Shown here one piece after another: positions 10,964 through 21,245 of a DNA stretch of 64,000 nucleotides (position 1 is its first letter; every line of letters begins with the position of its first letter). This stretch comes from an uncultured Chthonomonadaceae bacterium (lineage in GTDB: Bacteria; Armatimonadota; Chthonomonadetes; Chthonomonadales; Chthonomonadaceae), in contig CAWFQB010000003.1 of assembly GCA_963817895.1 (NCBI GenBank), positions 544,001 to 608,000 of the forward strand. The letters run 5' to 3'. The notes under the pieces are model-generated. The model made no database searches. It saw nothing but the letters and a program-made list of their open reading frames with translations, and was not told where the DNA came from. The position numbers and the translations under genes are program-made.

Positions 10964-11159
10964 GCTTTGTTGCAGGCGTTATCGCTGAACTTGAACGCGA
11001 GCAGGTTTAGGCGCTGTATGTCATTTGGCAGAAGCAGTTATATGTAATAACATATATTTTGTCTTGGAACTATTAAGGAGGGTTGTTCAATTTGACGTGG
11101 GCGGCAAGATGTGGTACAAAAGTAGTGTTTTTCTTCTCCCACTAAAGCCCTGATGCTCT

Positions 11160-12485
11160 ATGCCTGAATCAACCCTGATAAAATCCGAAAATACTCTTTT
11201 GAAATCGCCGCCTGAAATAGCGGAGTCGCCTGTTGTCGCGCTGATACGCTCCCGTCAGCAATTGCAGGCTGATCCCGAAAACGCGACCGCTTTGTTCGAG
11301 GAGGCCGTTGCCCTGTGCCGACTGGGACAGTGGGAAGCCGCGCTCACAGCCTGGGAACAGGTGACGCGCCTGGAACCCGGCAACGTCTTCGCGTATCTGA
11401 ATCAGGGCATTGCCCATCTTCAGCGGGAACAGTGGCAGCAGGCGGAACAGGCGTTTGAAGCCGCGTTGCGCTATGCCCCGGAACATGCCGAAGCGCATTT
11501 TGGTCTGGGTATGGCTTATGCCCATCAGGAGCGTTACGAGCAGGCATACGCGGCCTGGCAGGAAGCCCTGCGTTTCGACCCCGCGCACCCGGAAGCCCAT
11601 GCCAACCTCTCGATGCTTGCGCAAATGTCCACAACGGAAGTGGAGTCTCTGAATTTCGGCTCGGCGCAAACCCTGCAATTCGATTGTATTGCAGGGTCTG
11701 AAAAGCCCGCGCAAAGCGAAGAGCGGCGTATCAAACTGCCGCCACTATCCGGGCCGCCGCTCGGCCAGATTGCCGATGCCGTTGTCGCCGCTCAGGAAGC
11801 GCGGGCGCAGGAGGGTGACGCCGCGCCTGCATCGTTATTCTCCGATGAACCCGCTGTGGAAGAGCGTCCCGAACCCACGCTTAAGCTGGATAGCAAGGCG
11901 TTGAAGCGGGAACACGCGCGACTGGCAGCAGAGGACAACCCTGCCCCGCGTCAAAAGCCTGCCGCCGGATGGCTGCGCGGCCCTGTTGCAGCCGTTGGCA
12001 TGGTTATCGCTGCCGTTATCCTGACATTATGGGGCGCAGGTCGCTTCCACGCGCCCGCCGCTCCCGGTTCTGCTTCCCATTCGACAATTGTAACGCCGCC
12101 GAATGCTTTGTCAAGCGTGTCCACGCCTGTAGCAATGCCGCCATCAGTGTTCCCGCCGGTTATTTCACCTGCTTTGGCGGTAAAACAACCCGTTATGCCA
12201 GCTACAGCATCTGCCATTCGCGCCCATACGCGCAAAACCATTCGCCATGCTCCCGCTTCTCACCGGCAGGAGGAAGCGAAGCCGGAAAGACACTCCCTGG
12301 CGAAAGAAACGTCTCACCCGTCTCGTCGTGTTCGGGAATCATCCGTTTCTGCTGCCCCCGCGCCTGCTCCTTCCCGCGCTTCAACCCGAAACCGTCAGGC
12401 GCATACAGACGAAGATACCTTTGCCGCGCATCGCCGCGCCGGCCACGCTGACAATTCTGAGGAATGGACGGATCGGATGCCTTAG
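11160..12485 (+). CDS. TPR-repeat membrane-anchored protein
   Basis: 3-4 N-terminal TPRs (AYLNQG, AHFGLG), single TM (VAAVGMVIAAVILTLWG), disordered Pro-rich C-terminus. Confidence 0.8.
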   Translation: MPESTLIKSENTLLKSPPEIAESPVVALIRSRQQLQADPENATALFEEAVALCRLGQWEAALTAWEQVTRLEPGNVFAYLNQGIAHLQREQWQQAEQAFEAALRYAPEHAEAHFGLGMAYAHQERYEQAYAAWQEALRFDPAHPEAHANLSMLAQMSTTEVESLNFGSAQTLQFDCIAGSEKPAQSEERRIKLPPLSGPPLGQIADAVVAAQEARAQEGDAAPASLFSDEPAVEERPEPTLKLDSKALKREHARLAAEDNPAPRQKPAAGWLRGPVAAVGMVIAAVILTLWGAGRFHAPAAPGSASHSTIVTPPNALSSVSTPVAMPPSVFPPVISPALAVKQPVMPATASAIRAHTRKTIRHAPASHRQEEAKPERHSLAKETSHPSRRVRESSVSAAPAPAPSRASTRNRQAHTDEDTFAAHRRAGHADNSEEWTDRMP

Positions 12486-12604
12486 AGTTTATCCCAATAG
12501 GCCGGGTACAGAGAACGTACCCGTCTGAGTGGCCTACGGCGTAGGGACATAACATGTTATGTCCTCCTTCGGACGCAAATGCAATCGCCTGTTGGGATAG
12601 GCTC
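12485..12604. mobile_element. 120-bp MITE with imperfect TIRs and TTA target duplication
   Basis: GAGTTTATCCCAATAGG (12485-12501) vs revcomp GAGCCTATCCCAACAGG (12588-12604), 14/17; TTA on both flanks (12482-84, 12605-07); internal palindrome GGACATAACATGTTATGTCC. Confidence 0.7.
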
Positions 12605-12654
12605 TTAGATCATTCTCACATACTGACAGGAAAATAGCGATAGGAAACGACTAT

Positions 12655-14253
12655 ATGCTTTCTCATTTACCTTTACAATCGCGCCCTGTGAAGGGGCTGC
12701 TTGCGTGTTTTTTCGTCAGCCAGTGCCGCGCGTTACGATTGTCGCATGGCGCCCTGGTCGGTATTCTGCTGGCGCTCGGCGGGCTGACATTGGGTGTTGC
12801 CGTGTACGCGCAGACGAAGTCGGATGCGCCGATAAGTGGCCGCGAAACCGCTTCCCTGGGAACGAACCTAGTGCCGTCCGGCGATTTTGCGCCTGGCGCG
12901 ACCGGATGGAAGGCGGAACTGGCAAACGGCAAAGCCAGCGCCGCGCTGTCATGGCCGGACGATGCAATCCTGCCGCAAGGGGCGGCGGGCAAAGTGGCGC
13001 GTTTCGACGTAGAGGCCATTGACAAAGACCGCTGGCACGTTCAGTTTTATCATGATGGCCTTGATTTGAACGATAATGACGTGTACACGCTCACGTTCTG
13101 GGCGAAAGCCGGACAGGAGCGTTTGCTTTCCGTATCCGTCAACGCGGACGAGGACGATTACCACCCGGTGGGCCTGGATCATCAAGTTACCATCGGTACG
13201 CAATGGCGTAAAATCAGTCTGGCCTTTACCGCCCTGCGCGTTCGGAAAAACCATACTCGCCTGTGTTTCATGCTCGGCGATGCGTTGGGGCGGGTAGAGT
13301 TGGCGGACGCGCGTCTGCAAAAAGGCGTCCTTGCCCCACCCCCCGGTCCCAACCTGCTGCGCAACGCTAACTTCGCGGAGGGAATCACTGCCTGGATACC
13401 GCTTCATACGGAAGGAACCGCGCAGGCGACACTACAAGTTGCTGATAATCCCCCCGCCAATGTCGGGGGCAAGGTGGCGCATATCAGTGTCACCGAAGCC
13501 GGTTCGCTATGGCACGTTTATTTCGGTCAGGGTGGCCTGTCGCTGGAAGAGGGCGGAGTGTATACGCTGAGTTTCCTGGCAAAATCGAAAAGCGGCCGTT
13601 CCATAATAGTTCATTCGGATGTGGAGGGCGGGGACTACCATCAGACGGGCTTGCGGCAGGTTGTCGCGATCACGCCCAACTGGAACAAATTCACGTTCAT
13701 CTTCACCCCGACAAACACCGGTCACAGCGCGGGGCGCATCGTCTTTTCCGTGGGGGATGCCGTCGGGGATGTTGATCTGGCGGGCGTGGTTTTGCAGCGG
13801 GGCGTGGCGGCGCAAGTCAAAACTCCCGCGTCCAATACGGATACGCAAACCGGGCGCGTCAATCCGTCCACGAAAACATCCGGGGGCAAAACGGCGCCGA
13901 ACGGCGCAACAGGGCAGGGAACCGCGCGGGCGCATCGTTCGCATCCGCTGCTCGGAACCTGGCAGAGCTACCATAAGGAGGAGGGGCTGACCGGCAAGGA
14001 GTACCAGCGTTACCGCTTCGTGTTTGAAGCTAACGGGAGCGGTTCCCTGCAAGTCGCCGCTATGTCCGCCGACCCTGCCGCTCCGCCCAAATCGCAGCAG
14101 AACGAAACCTTCAAATGGGACTTGATCGAGGGTGGGCCGCACGTTACCATTGGCGCGAACGTATATACCTGGACCATCGAAAAAGAGGGCGCGAAGCAGA
14201 AGCTGACATTGAAGAACTACGAGGGCAAAACCTACATTCTGTTTCGGCAGTAA
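12655..14253 (+). CDS. secreted protein with two CBM4/9-like carbohydrate-binding domains
   Basis: Two repeats NL..(G/N)F....W ... W.V.F...GL.L....YTL.F.AK; hydrophobic N-terminal segment. Confidence 0.8.
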   Translation: MLSHLPLQSRPVKGLLACFFVSQCRALRLSHGALVGILLALGGLTLGVAVYAQTKSDAPISGRETASLGTNLVPSGDFAPGATGWKAELANGKASAALSWPDDAILPQGAAGKVARFDVEAIDKDRWHVQFYHDGLDLNDNDVYTLTFWAKAGQERLLSVSVNADEDDYHPVGLDHQVTIGTQWRKISLAFTALRVRKNHTRLCFMLGDALGRVELADARLQKGVLAPPPGPNLLRNANFAEGITAWIPLHTEGTAQATLQVADNPPANVGGKVAHISVTEAGSLWHVYFGQGGLSLEEGGVYTLSFLAKSKSGRSIIVHSDVEGGDYHQTGLRQVVAITPNWNKFTFIFTPTNTGHSAGRIVFSVGDAVGDVDLAGVVLQRGVAAQVKTPASNTDTQTGRVNPSTKTSGGKTAPNGATGQGTARAHRSHPLLGTWQSYHKEEGLTGKEYQRYRFVFEANGSGSLQVAAMSADPAAPPKSQQNETFKWDLIEGGPHVTIGANVYTWTIEKEGAKQKLTLKNYEGKTYILFRQ

Positions 14254-14299
14254 CTACAAGCCCTCACTCCTAAAGCAGATAATTTCAGGAAACCTGATT

Positions 14300-15811
14300 A
14301 TGTCCTTTCGCCCCTTGTATTCTGTTTTTCGTCCTCTTTGTTTCGTTTGTTTCGCGTGTTTCGCGGTTCTCATCGGACTGGCTTCTCCCGTTCGAGGGCA
14401 GGCCACGCAGGGGATGGGAATGAGCGCGTTGAGCAGCCTGCCCATGCCACGCGGCGGCAAAATCGTCCACTTTTCCAGCAACGATCCGAAGGGCGGCAAC
14501 GACGACTGGCGGCGCGTGGAACCCGGACAAACATTTACGCTTGTAGACCAGAAGGGCGCGGGCGTTGTGCGCCGGTGGTGGATCGCCCTTTCGCCCCGCG
14601 ACAACCATATCTTGCAGCGGCAGGTGATTGTGCGCTGCTACTGGGACGGCGAAACCGAGCCTTCCGTCGAGTGTCCCATCAACGACTTTTTCGGCATGGG
14701 TTTTGGCGAGTGGCGCGAGTTTACGTCCCTGCCCCTGAACATGATGAGTGGCGGCACGAACTGCTACTGGCCGATGCCGTTCCACAAATCCGCCCGTATC
14801 ACGATTGAGAACCGCGCCAAAATTCCCCTTGACAACTTCTATTACAACATAGACATTGATATGCAGCCCCGCCTGCCCCGCAATTCGCTGTACTTTCACG
14901 CGCAGTTTCGCCGGTCAAGAACGGAAAAGGGCAAGTCTGTCACTGTTCTGGAAACAACCGGCAAAGGGCAGTATGTAGGTACGCTGCTGGAAATGCAGCG
15001 GGTTCGGGGACGCGGGCTTGGCTATCTGGAGGGCGACGAGTATATTTATGTGGACGGCGAAGAGCAGGCGTCCATTCGGGGTACGGGCAGCGAGGACTAT
15101 TTCAACTCGGGCTGGTATTTCGACCGGGGCGTGTACTCGGCTCCCTACCATGGCGTGACAATCAAGGACGAGATGTTAAGCCGCATCAACGCTTACCGCT
15201 GGCATATCGAAGACGCCATTCCGTTTACCCGCTCGTTCCGCTTCACGATGGAACACGGCGGCCAGAATGACGCGCCGGACGTGGATTACTGCTCGGTCGC
15301 GTACTGGTATCAGACGCACCCGCATCCGCGTTTCCCCGCGCTGCCTGCCGATCTGTTGCCCGTCACTCCTGCGCCAGTCACGCATTTTCCTGGCATCATA
15401 GAGGGGGAGAGTCTGGTTGCGACGGCGAAAGCGACGGAGGGCGGGGTTGTCGCTCAGGATGTAGGCGATCCGCCGGACACATGGAGCGGCGACGCGCATC
15501 TGTTCTGGATGCCCAAAACACCCGGCGCAAAGCTTACATTGAAACTGAATGCGCCCGAAACAAAAGAGTACGAACTGATCGGCTATTTCACGCAGGCGAC
15601 GGATTACGGGCAGTACCGCATCCGCGTCAACGGCAGAACCCTGCGCGACTTTGACGGCTATTCTCCGAATGTGAAAGCTTCCGGCCCGCTGTCGTTGGGC
15701 CGCGTCACTCTGAAATCCGGCGCAAACGACATCGAACTGGAAATCACGGGCAAAGACGCGCGTTCAACCGGCTACTACGTCGGCGTTGACGGCTTCCTGC
15801 TCAAACCATGA
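14300..15811 (+). CDS. DUF2961 / glycoside hydrolase family 172 protein
   Basis: YWDGE..PSVECP..DFFG, NCYWPMPF, YFHAQF, EGDE, GTGSEDYFNSGWYF, YRWH, EHG. Confidence 0.9.
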   Translation: MSFRPLYSVFRPLCFVCFACFAVLIGLASPVRGQATQGMGMSALSSLPMPRGGKIVHFSSNDPKGGNDDWRRVEPGQTFTLVDQKGAGVVRRWWIALSPRDNHILQRQVIVRCYWDGETEPSVECPINDFFGMGFGEWREFTSLPLNMMSGGTNCYWPMPFHKSARITIENRAKIPLDNFYYNIDIDMQPRLPRNSLYFHAQFRRSRTEKGKSVTVLETTGKGQYVGTLLEMQRVRGRGLGYLEGDEYIYVDGEEQASIRGTGSEDYFNSGWYFDRGVYSAPYHGVTIKDEMLSRINAYRWHIEDAIPFTRSFRFTMEHGGQNDAPDVDYCSVAYWYQTHPHPRFPALPADLLPVTPAPVTHFPGIIEGESLVATAKATEGGVVAQDVGDPPDTWSGDAHLFWMPKTPGAKLTLKLNAPETKEYELIGYFTQATDYGQYRIRVNGRTLRDFDGYSPNVKASGPLSLGRVTLKSGANDIELEITGKDARSTGYYVGVDGFLLKP

Positions 15812-15826
15812 ACGAAGCCTAACGTC

Positions 15827-16066
15827 ATGACAAACAAAAACAATATGCTCTCTTTATGGATAGAGGGTTGGGACAAATCTGATCCATTCTGGCTGTTCAA
15901 ATTCGCAGGCTTCTTTGGCGCGGGGCCGATGGGCATGTACGGCGCATGGCTGATTTATAACGGCGAACATAATGTCGTCAAAGCGATGATCATTGCTGTC
16001 GTTGCTTTGTTCGTATTCATCACGCCAATCGCAGGCGTTATCAAAAGCCGTTCGGGGCCTTCTTGA
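15827..16066 (+). CDS. small membrane protein
   Basis: 79 aa, two hydrophobic segments. Confidence 0.6.
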   Translation: MTNKNNMLSLWIEGWDKSDPFWLFKFAGFFGAGPMGMYGAWLIYNGEHNVVKAMIIAVVALFVFITPIAGVIKSRSGPS

Positions 16067-16716
16067 CGCAAAGCCAGCCCCAATTCCAGCAGAAACTTGC
16101 GGATATGCTCCAGCAATCCCTTTTCCAGATCGCGCTCTTCTGCTTCGGAACCAAGCGTCAGGAAATCGAAGTTGTACGGGTCTTTGAGCAACTCTTGCGC
16201 GAGATCGGATTGGGGCGCGGGCAAGGTCAGCGCAAAGTTGGTGACGGCTTTCCCCTGCCGCGCGTACAACTTGCTTTCAATATGATGTACCAGCACATTG
16301 CGGCTCCAGCCGTTTTCGATGGCCTGTTACGCGTACCAGAGACGCTCTTCCTGCGTGTTAAGGTAGTCCAACATGCGTACATTGTGGCCCCACGGCAATT
16401 TTGCAACAACCTGTTGCAAAATTGCCTCGTCCGGCCAGACTTCCGCAAACGACCGCATGTAGCGCAGGTTGCGCGGCGAAAAACCCTGCATGGCGGGGAA
16501 CTCGCGGCGCAAGTCTGCGGATAAAATATCTACCACTTTCGCGCCCCAACCCTCTTCGCGCATCCGGCTTGAAAGGCCACGCCCAATCTGCCAGTAAAGC
16601 AACACGAGTTCGCTGTTGACAGCCAGAGCCGCGCGAACCTGCGCGGTTCAAATACGCTGTTTCAACTCCTTCAAGAACGTTTCATAGCCGGGGAATGTTG
16701 TGATGGTTTCACTCAT
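16063..16716 (-). pseudogene. DUF1016 (YhcG-like) nuclease-family gene, two nonsense codons and 3' truncation
   Basis: AVNSELVLLYWQIG, GWGAKVV, GFSPRNL.YMR.F, LPWGHN, KDPYNFDFL, FLLELG; in-frame TGA 16648-50 and TAA 16327-29; ends after ELG. Confidence 0.88.
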
Positions 16717-16763
16717 ATCGGTTCTGCTTTCTTTTTGGTCTTTTGTGTTGTCGGGCGAAATTG

Positions 16764-18326
16764 TCAGATAAGCGCGTGGGCGTTCAGGTCAAGGGTGAAG
16801 TGGTCTACGCACTTGAGCGGGCCGGTATGCGCGGTGAAATACTCGCCCGTGAGTTTGCGCTGCGCAATGGTCACGCGCAGGAAACCCAATTTCGCGTCGT
16901 TGTAATCTTCCAGCGTGAGATGGCCCCGCGTTGTCTGACCGGGCGGCGGCTGCATCTGAATCGTCGCGGGGACTTTGCGCGCCAACGTCAGGGAGACTTC
17001 TCCCGCCCCCTCCGGCTGATCGCAGGGCGTTCCCATTCCCTCGATAGTATGCCCGCCACTGCCCACAATCAGACAGGGCATCTGGCGTTTGTCGCCCTTG
17101 AGCGCGTAGTGGCGCGTCAGGCGCTGATACGAATGAACGTGCGCCGACAGGAGAGCATCCGGCCATTGCCCGCCCGCGTCAAACGCTTTTTCCAGCACGT
17201 TCGCCAGCGGCGCGGCGTTTTCGGCATGGGGCGGCGGGGTCACATTTTTGGGATTCACGATTAGCGCCAGTTTCGGATCGCCCCGAACGGCGAAATTCGC
17301 CGTATACGAGTACGGCGGGTAGTGTACCGCCAGCAGAACCGCTTTCGGCTCCTGCCCCTGCTTCTGGCGGGCTTCGTTTCGCGCCCGAATGTCTTTCAAC
17401 TGACGGACGAGCCAGCGATACTGCGGCGCGCGTTGTTCATAATTCGGGTCGTTCAGGTCGGGCGTGGTTGTTGGATCGTCTAAAATGCCGCCGTTCGCCA
17501 CATTGGTATACAGCCCGATGATGCTTGCCGGCCCGGTTTCCAATCGCCAGTAGATATAGGGCTAAATCATGGCGGGGCGATTGTCCACAGCGTTGTCCGG
17601 CGATTTGCTGCCTCTGGCAATGCCGAAACTGCAAAAGTTCTTGAAGAAATGGGTGAGCGCGGTTTTGGAAGTATCCACATTCTCCGCGCTCTGGTTTGCC
17701 GGGTTGCCGTCCCGAAAATGAATTTTGCCGTCGTGGTTCCCCGCAACAGCAAAAATCGGGCGGTTGTACGCGGAGTAGGGCGTATAAAACTGCTCGTTGT
17801 ACATGTTGCCCTGATCGTATTTCATTTGCTCGGTCGGCTTGTAGACGACATCCCCAAGCAGATAGAGAAAGGACGCGGGTACGGCAGGCGTGTTGATGTG
17901 GCCGCTGGTGGGGTCTGTCAATTGCGTGGTCATGGCGGCGGCGACGGCCTGCTGCGCCGTATGTTCGTCGAAGCTGGCGGAACAGCCGGTGGCATGAAAG
18001 GTCAGCGTCTGCGGGTTATTATTGGGGCGCGGCGCGGCCACCTCCTCCAGTGTGAGCGTGTACTTTTCTATGGCATCGGGGTCCGGCGCGGGTATAAAAT
18101 CCGGTACGCCTGTCCAGACGCCATTTTCAGCGCAGGAAGCCGCCGATGGCGGCGGGAGCGCTGTAGGGACGGCTATGCTTTCGGGGGGGTGGTCGCTGTC
18201 GTTTGCGCCGTTCTCCTGCGGGCTATTTTCCTGAATGGCCTGCTTCTGAATGTCGTTGCCCTGCGCCTTTATGTTGCTCTTCCCCTTCACAGCGCGCGTT
18301 CCTGTCTTCATGGTCTTCCCCTTCAT
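16764..18326 (-). pseudogene. metallophosphoesterase (purple-acid-phosphatase-like) with in-frame TAG
   Basis: LGDVVY, AGNHDG, VHYPPYS, SAHVHSYQR; the two ORFs are in one frame, separated by TAG 17562-64 (MI*PYIYW). Confidence 0.8.
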
Positions 18327-18449
18327 GTGCTGCCTCCTCTTTATGCGGAATTTATGCGACAAATATTCACAATGCCGGCAGGCAATTCCTTCCGAACAAT
18401 CCGCCCCTGCAATTCGTAACAGGATGATATGCCCATTCAGGAGGAAACC

Positions 18450-18698
18450 ATGCGCCTGCTCTGGCGGCTAATTTCGTTTTCGCTTTGCTGGCTGCTTGCG
18501 GTCAATCCCGTTTTTGCCTGCCCGCTGTGCAATACCGCAACGGGCAAACTGGTGCGTGAAGCCGTTTTTAACCGGCATTTCGGCGTCAATCTGCTGCTTG
18601 TCCTCGCGCCTTTCCCCGTCTGCCTGCTGATTGGCGTCTGTTTGTACTACGGCTTTCCCGTTCGCAAGTCGGCCTCGAAATCTGTCCGAGCAGATTGA
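18450..18698 (+). CDS. small membrane protein with CxxC after signal peptide
   Basis: GGAGG RBS; AFACPLC-type motif (VFACPLC); TM helix. Confidence 0.7.
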   Translation: MRLLWRLISFSLCWLLAVNPVFACPLCNTATGKLVREAVFNRHFGVNLLLVLAPFPVCLLIGVCLYYGFPVRKSASKSVRAD

Positions 18699-18753
18699 AC
18701 TCTTTCCCCCGCGCGGGCGTATTTCTCACCAAACTGCCTGAAAGAGAAATCCA

Positions 18754-19287
18754 TTGCCGGAACCAACAAAGAACACTGAAGTTAATATTCGCCCGCTGAC
18801 GGCTGCCGCCACATTCCTCGGTATCGGCATGGGTGGCTTTGTGGACGGCATTGTCTTCCATCAGATACTACAGCTTCACAATATGCTGTCCGCCAAAGTG
18901 GTACGGGATACGCTTGTAAATGTGGAAACCAATATGGTGTGGGACGGCCTGTTTCACGCCTTTTGCTGGCTGACGGTCATGTTGGGAGTTGCGATGCTGT
19001 GGCGGGCGGGGCAAAAGCCTGAAGTCCCCTGATCAACTCGCGCTCTGGTTGGCGGCATGATACTGGGGTGGGGCGTGTTCAATCTGGTAGAAGGATTTAT
19101 AGACCATCACCTTCTTCAACTTCACCATGTCATCGAGCGGCTCGGGTTATCTATGGCGGACTATCTGTTCCTGCTTTCCGGCGTGATTTTCATTCTTGTC
19201 GGTCGGGCCTTGATACGCGGCGCAAGCCGCGATACTCCTGCAAGTCATCCCGCTCCTGGCGCGCGCATGGGAACGGCAGGAGAGTAG
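18754..19287 (+). pseudogene. DUF2243 membrane protein with in-frame TGA
   Basis: GFVDGIVFHQILQLHNMLS, WDGLFHA, GWGVFNLVEGFIDHHLLQLHHV; TGA 19030-32 where Trp would fit (VP*S). Confidence 0.82.
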
Positions 19288-19408
19288 CGTTCCAATTGTG
19301 CAACACGCTGTTGCACAATTGCCTCAATCAGTCATGACTTGACAAATCATTGCGGCTATCGCAGTTTATGCTGTGGAATGCAGCGGGGCAGGAAATTCGC
19401 GGCGTATA

Positions 19409-20155
19409 TCAGTGGCCTGTACTCACGACTTTTTCCGCCTTTGCCATCTCATTTTGGGTGGTTTTCCGAATGGCGTAAACCATTACCCCAAGCGTTGCGC
19501 CCGGCTTTGCGTTCGTATGACAGCTCAAACATTCGGACTTTGCGGCGCGCACCGGGCGCATCAGCACATCCCAAGAACCATACTCCATGCGATGTTCTTT
19601 GCCTGCCATCATCTGCGGCAGAACCGTAATCGCTTTGTTCTCAATACCCTCTCGATCAAACTTCTCCATTTTTTCTACTTCCGGGTGAATAGAAGCCGAA
19701 TTATAGTCCCAATCCGGCGCAATTTGCTGCTGATTGAAGTACAACAGCTGTAGCTTGGGCGTCACGCGGTAAGCCAGATGGTCCGGTTTGGGAGCGCAAT
19801 GCAGCAGGCTGATGGCATAATCTCGGTTCGCCGCGTTGACGTTTGCAATCCGTTCTTTTTCTTCAGTCGTATCTACTTTCAGTTGTACAATGCCCGCATG
19901 CTTTCGATGTACAATCCGCATCGCGCCGAAGTTCTTGTCCCGCAGTATCTCAAAGCGGGGCTGAACATAAGCATCCAAAGCGTCTGCAACTTGCATCGGA
20001 GAATTCAGCGCTTGTGTTGGCATTGCAGGGGAGGCCAGCACCGACCCGGGAAGCTGGTATCTCCAGGCGTCAAAGGACATTTTGCCACAGCAGGAGCCAA
20101 TCAGCAAAATGGGCAGCAAAACACACCCGGACAGCGCTCGTTTTACGTTCGACAT
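19409..20155 (-). CDS. exported protein with single heme-c CxxCH motif (DUF3365-like)
   Basis: N-terminal hydrophobic segment; RPVRAAKSECLSCH..G..LG at C-terminus. Confidence 0.7.
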   Translation of the reverse strand: MSNVKRALSGCVLLPILLIGSCCGKMSFDAWRYQLPGSVLASPAMPTQALNSPMQVADALDAYVQPRFEILRDKNFGAMRIVHRKHAGIVQLKVDTTEEKERIANVNAANRDYAISLLHCAPKPDHLAYRVTPKLQLLYFNQQQIAPDWDYNSASIHPEVEKMEKFDREGIENKAITVLPQMMAGKEHRMEYGSWDVLMRPVRAAKSECLSCHTNAKPGATLGVMVYAIRKTTQNEMAKAEKVVSTGH

Positions 20156-20270
20156 GGTAGTTTTCTTTCTTACCTGCGATTCAGATACACGTCAGTCGCG
20201 TACAATCCGAAACAATGAACAAGCAAGCAAATCAAGCCACCTCCGCAATTTTGTTGCGCTTCCTTAACGG

Positions 20271-21209
20271 TTAATTCGCGGCTTCTACGGCGGCAATGCG
20301 ATCCGCCAGAATGTCGGCCAGCTTTGCCGAACGGCCCAGATACCCTCCCATCGCAAACGTGACCTGCGGATATTGCGTTTGCGCGGCTTCCAGCAGGGTC
20401 GGCAAATCGTCCGCGACATGGGTTCCCGTATGCAGGAAGTACGGGACGGCAACCACGCTCTTCGCCCCCTGCGCGACACATGTTGCAATCGCTGCGGGAA
20501 TGTCCGGCGCATTACACTCCATAAACCCGACTTCCACAATCGGAAACACGCCCCGTTCGCGTATAACTTCCACCACGCGGAACATCTCCGTATTGGCAAT
20601 CGGACGCGGGCTGCCGTGAACGAGGACAAGCAGGGATAAGGGATAAGGGGTAAGGGATAAGAAATTTTTAGTTGATAGCGCCTCTTCTTGTATCTTGTAT
20701 CTCGTATCTTGTATCTCTTCCTTATCCCTTATCCCTTCCCTCTTATCCCTTCCTGCCGGGCATTTCTCCCCACCAAAAAGCGGGCAATCGGGGTTGGCGC
20801 GGCAGAAGCGTGGGGCGCGGTCGAGGTCTTCGCGCCATTGTTCAGAGCCGAAGGGACTGTGGGCGCTGTCCACAAGCGCGTCGGCGAGGCGGGTGTCGAA
20901 ACCGAGCGCGTCCGCAACGACAAAAGTGACGTTGGGGTGCGCCGCCTGCGCCGCCTGAACCGCGCGGGGCAAATCCACCTTGACGAACTTGCCGGGAATG
21001 AGAAAGTAGGGCGCGACCACAATGCGCGTCGCGCCCTGCGCCACCACGTTCGCAACCGTGTCGGCGAACGGGGGCGTGGAGTAGTTGAGATAGCCGACTT
21101 CTACAATCGGGGCAATGCCGCGTTCCCGCAACCGCAGCGCGTGAACCTTCAACGCCTCGCCCGCCCCGCACAACAGCGACCCATGCGAAAACAAAATAAC
21201 CGCGTTCAT
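20271..21209 (-). CDS. cbiX: two-domain CbiX/SirB sirohydrochlorin chelatase
   Basis: Two domains with HGS, VEVG(Y/F), PYFL..G.(F/H)V..DLP; Cys-rich linker CRANPDCPLFGGEKC followed by an in-frame repeat insertion. Confidence 0.8.
   Translation of the reverse strand: MNAVILFSHGSLLCGAGEALKVHALRLRERGIAPIVEVGYLNYSTPPFADTVANVVAQGATRIVVAPYFLIPGKFVKVDLPRAVQAAQAAHPNVTFVVADALGFDTRLADALVDSAHSPFGSEQWREDLDRAPRFCRANPDCPLFGGEKCPAGRDKREGIRDKEEIQDTRYKIQEEALSTKNFLSLTPYPLSLLVLVHGSPRPIANTEMFRVVEVIRERGVFPIVEVGFMECNAPDIPAAIATCVAQGAKSVVAVPYFLHTGTHVADDLPTLLEAAQTQYPQVTFAMGGYLGRSAKLADILADRIAAVEAAN
20632..20750. repeat. in-frame composite heptamer cassette inside cbiX
   Basis: (AGGGATA)x4-like, (TATCTTG)x4-like, (TATCCCT)x3; outer arrays are mutually inverted. 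Confidence 0.85.
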
Positions 21210-21245
21210 AAAGTTTACCACCCGCTACGCTAGAGACACAGAGAA

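Noticed and set aside
16327..19032. Stop-codon recoding (Sec/Pyl or alternative code)
   Set aside because: All three stop types occur, at positions fitting Gln/Arg/Trp, and the same stops terminate normal genes
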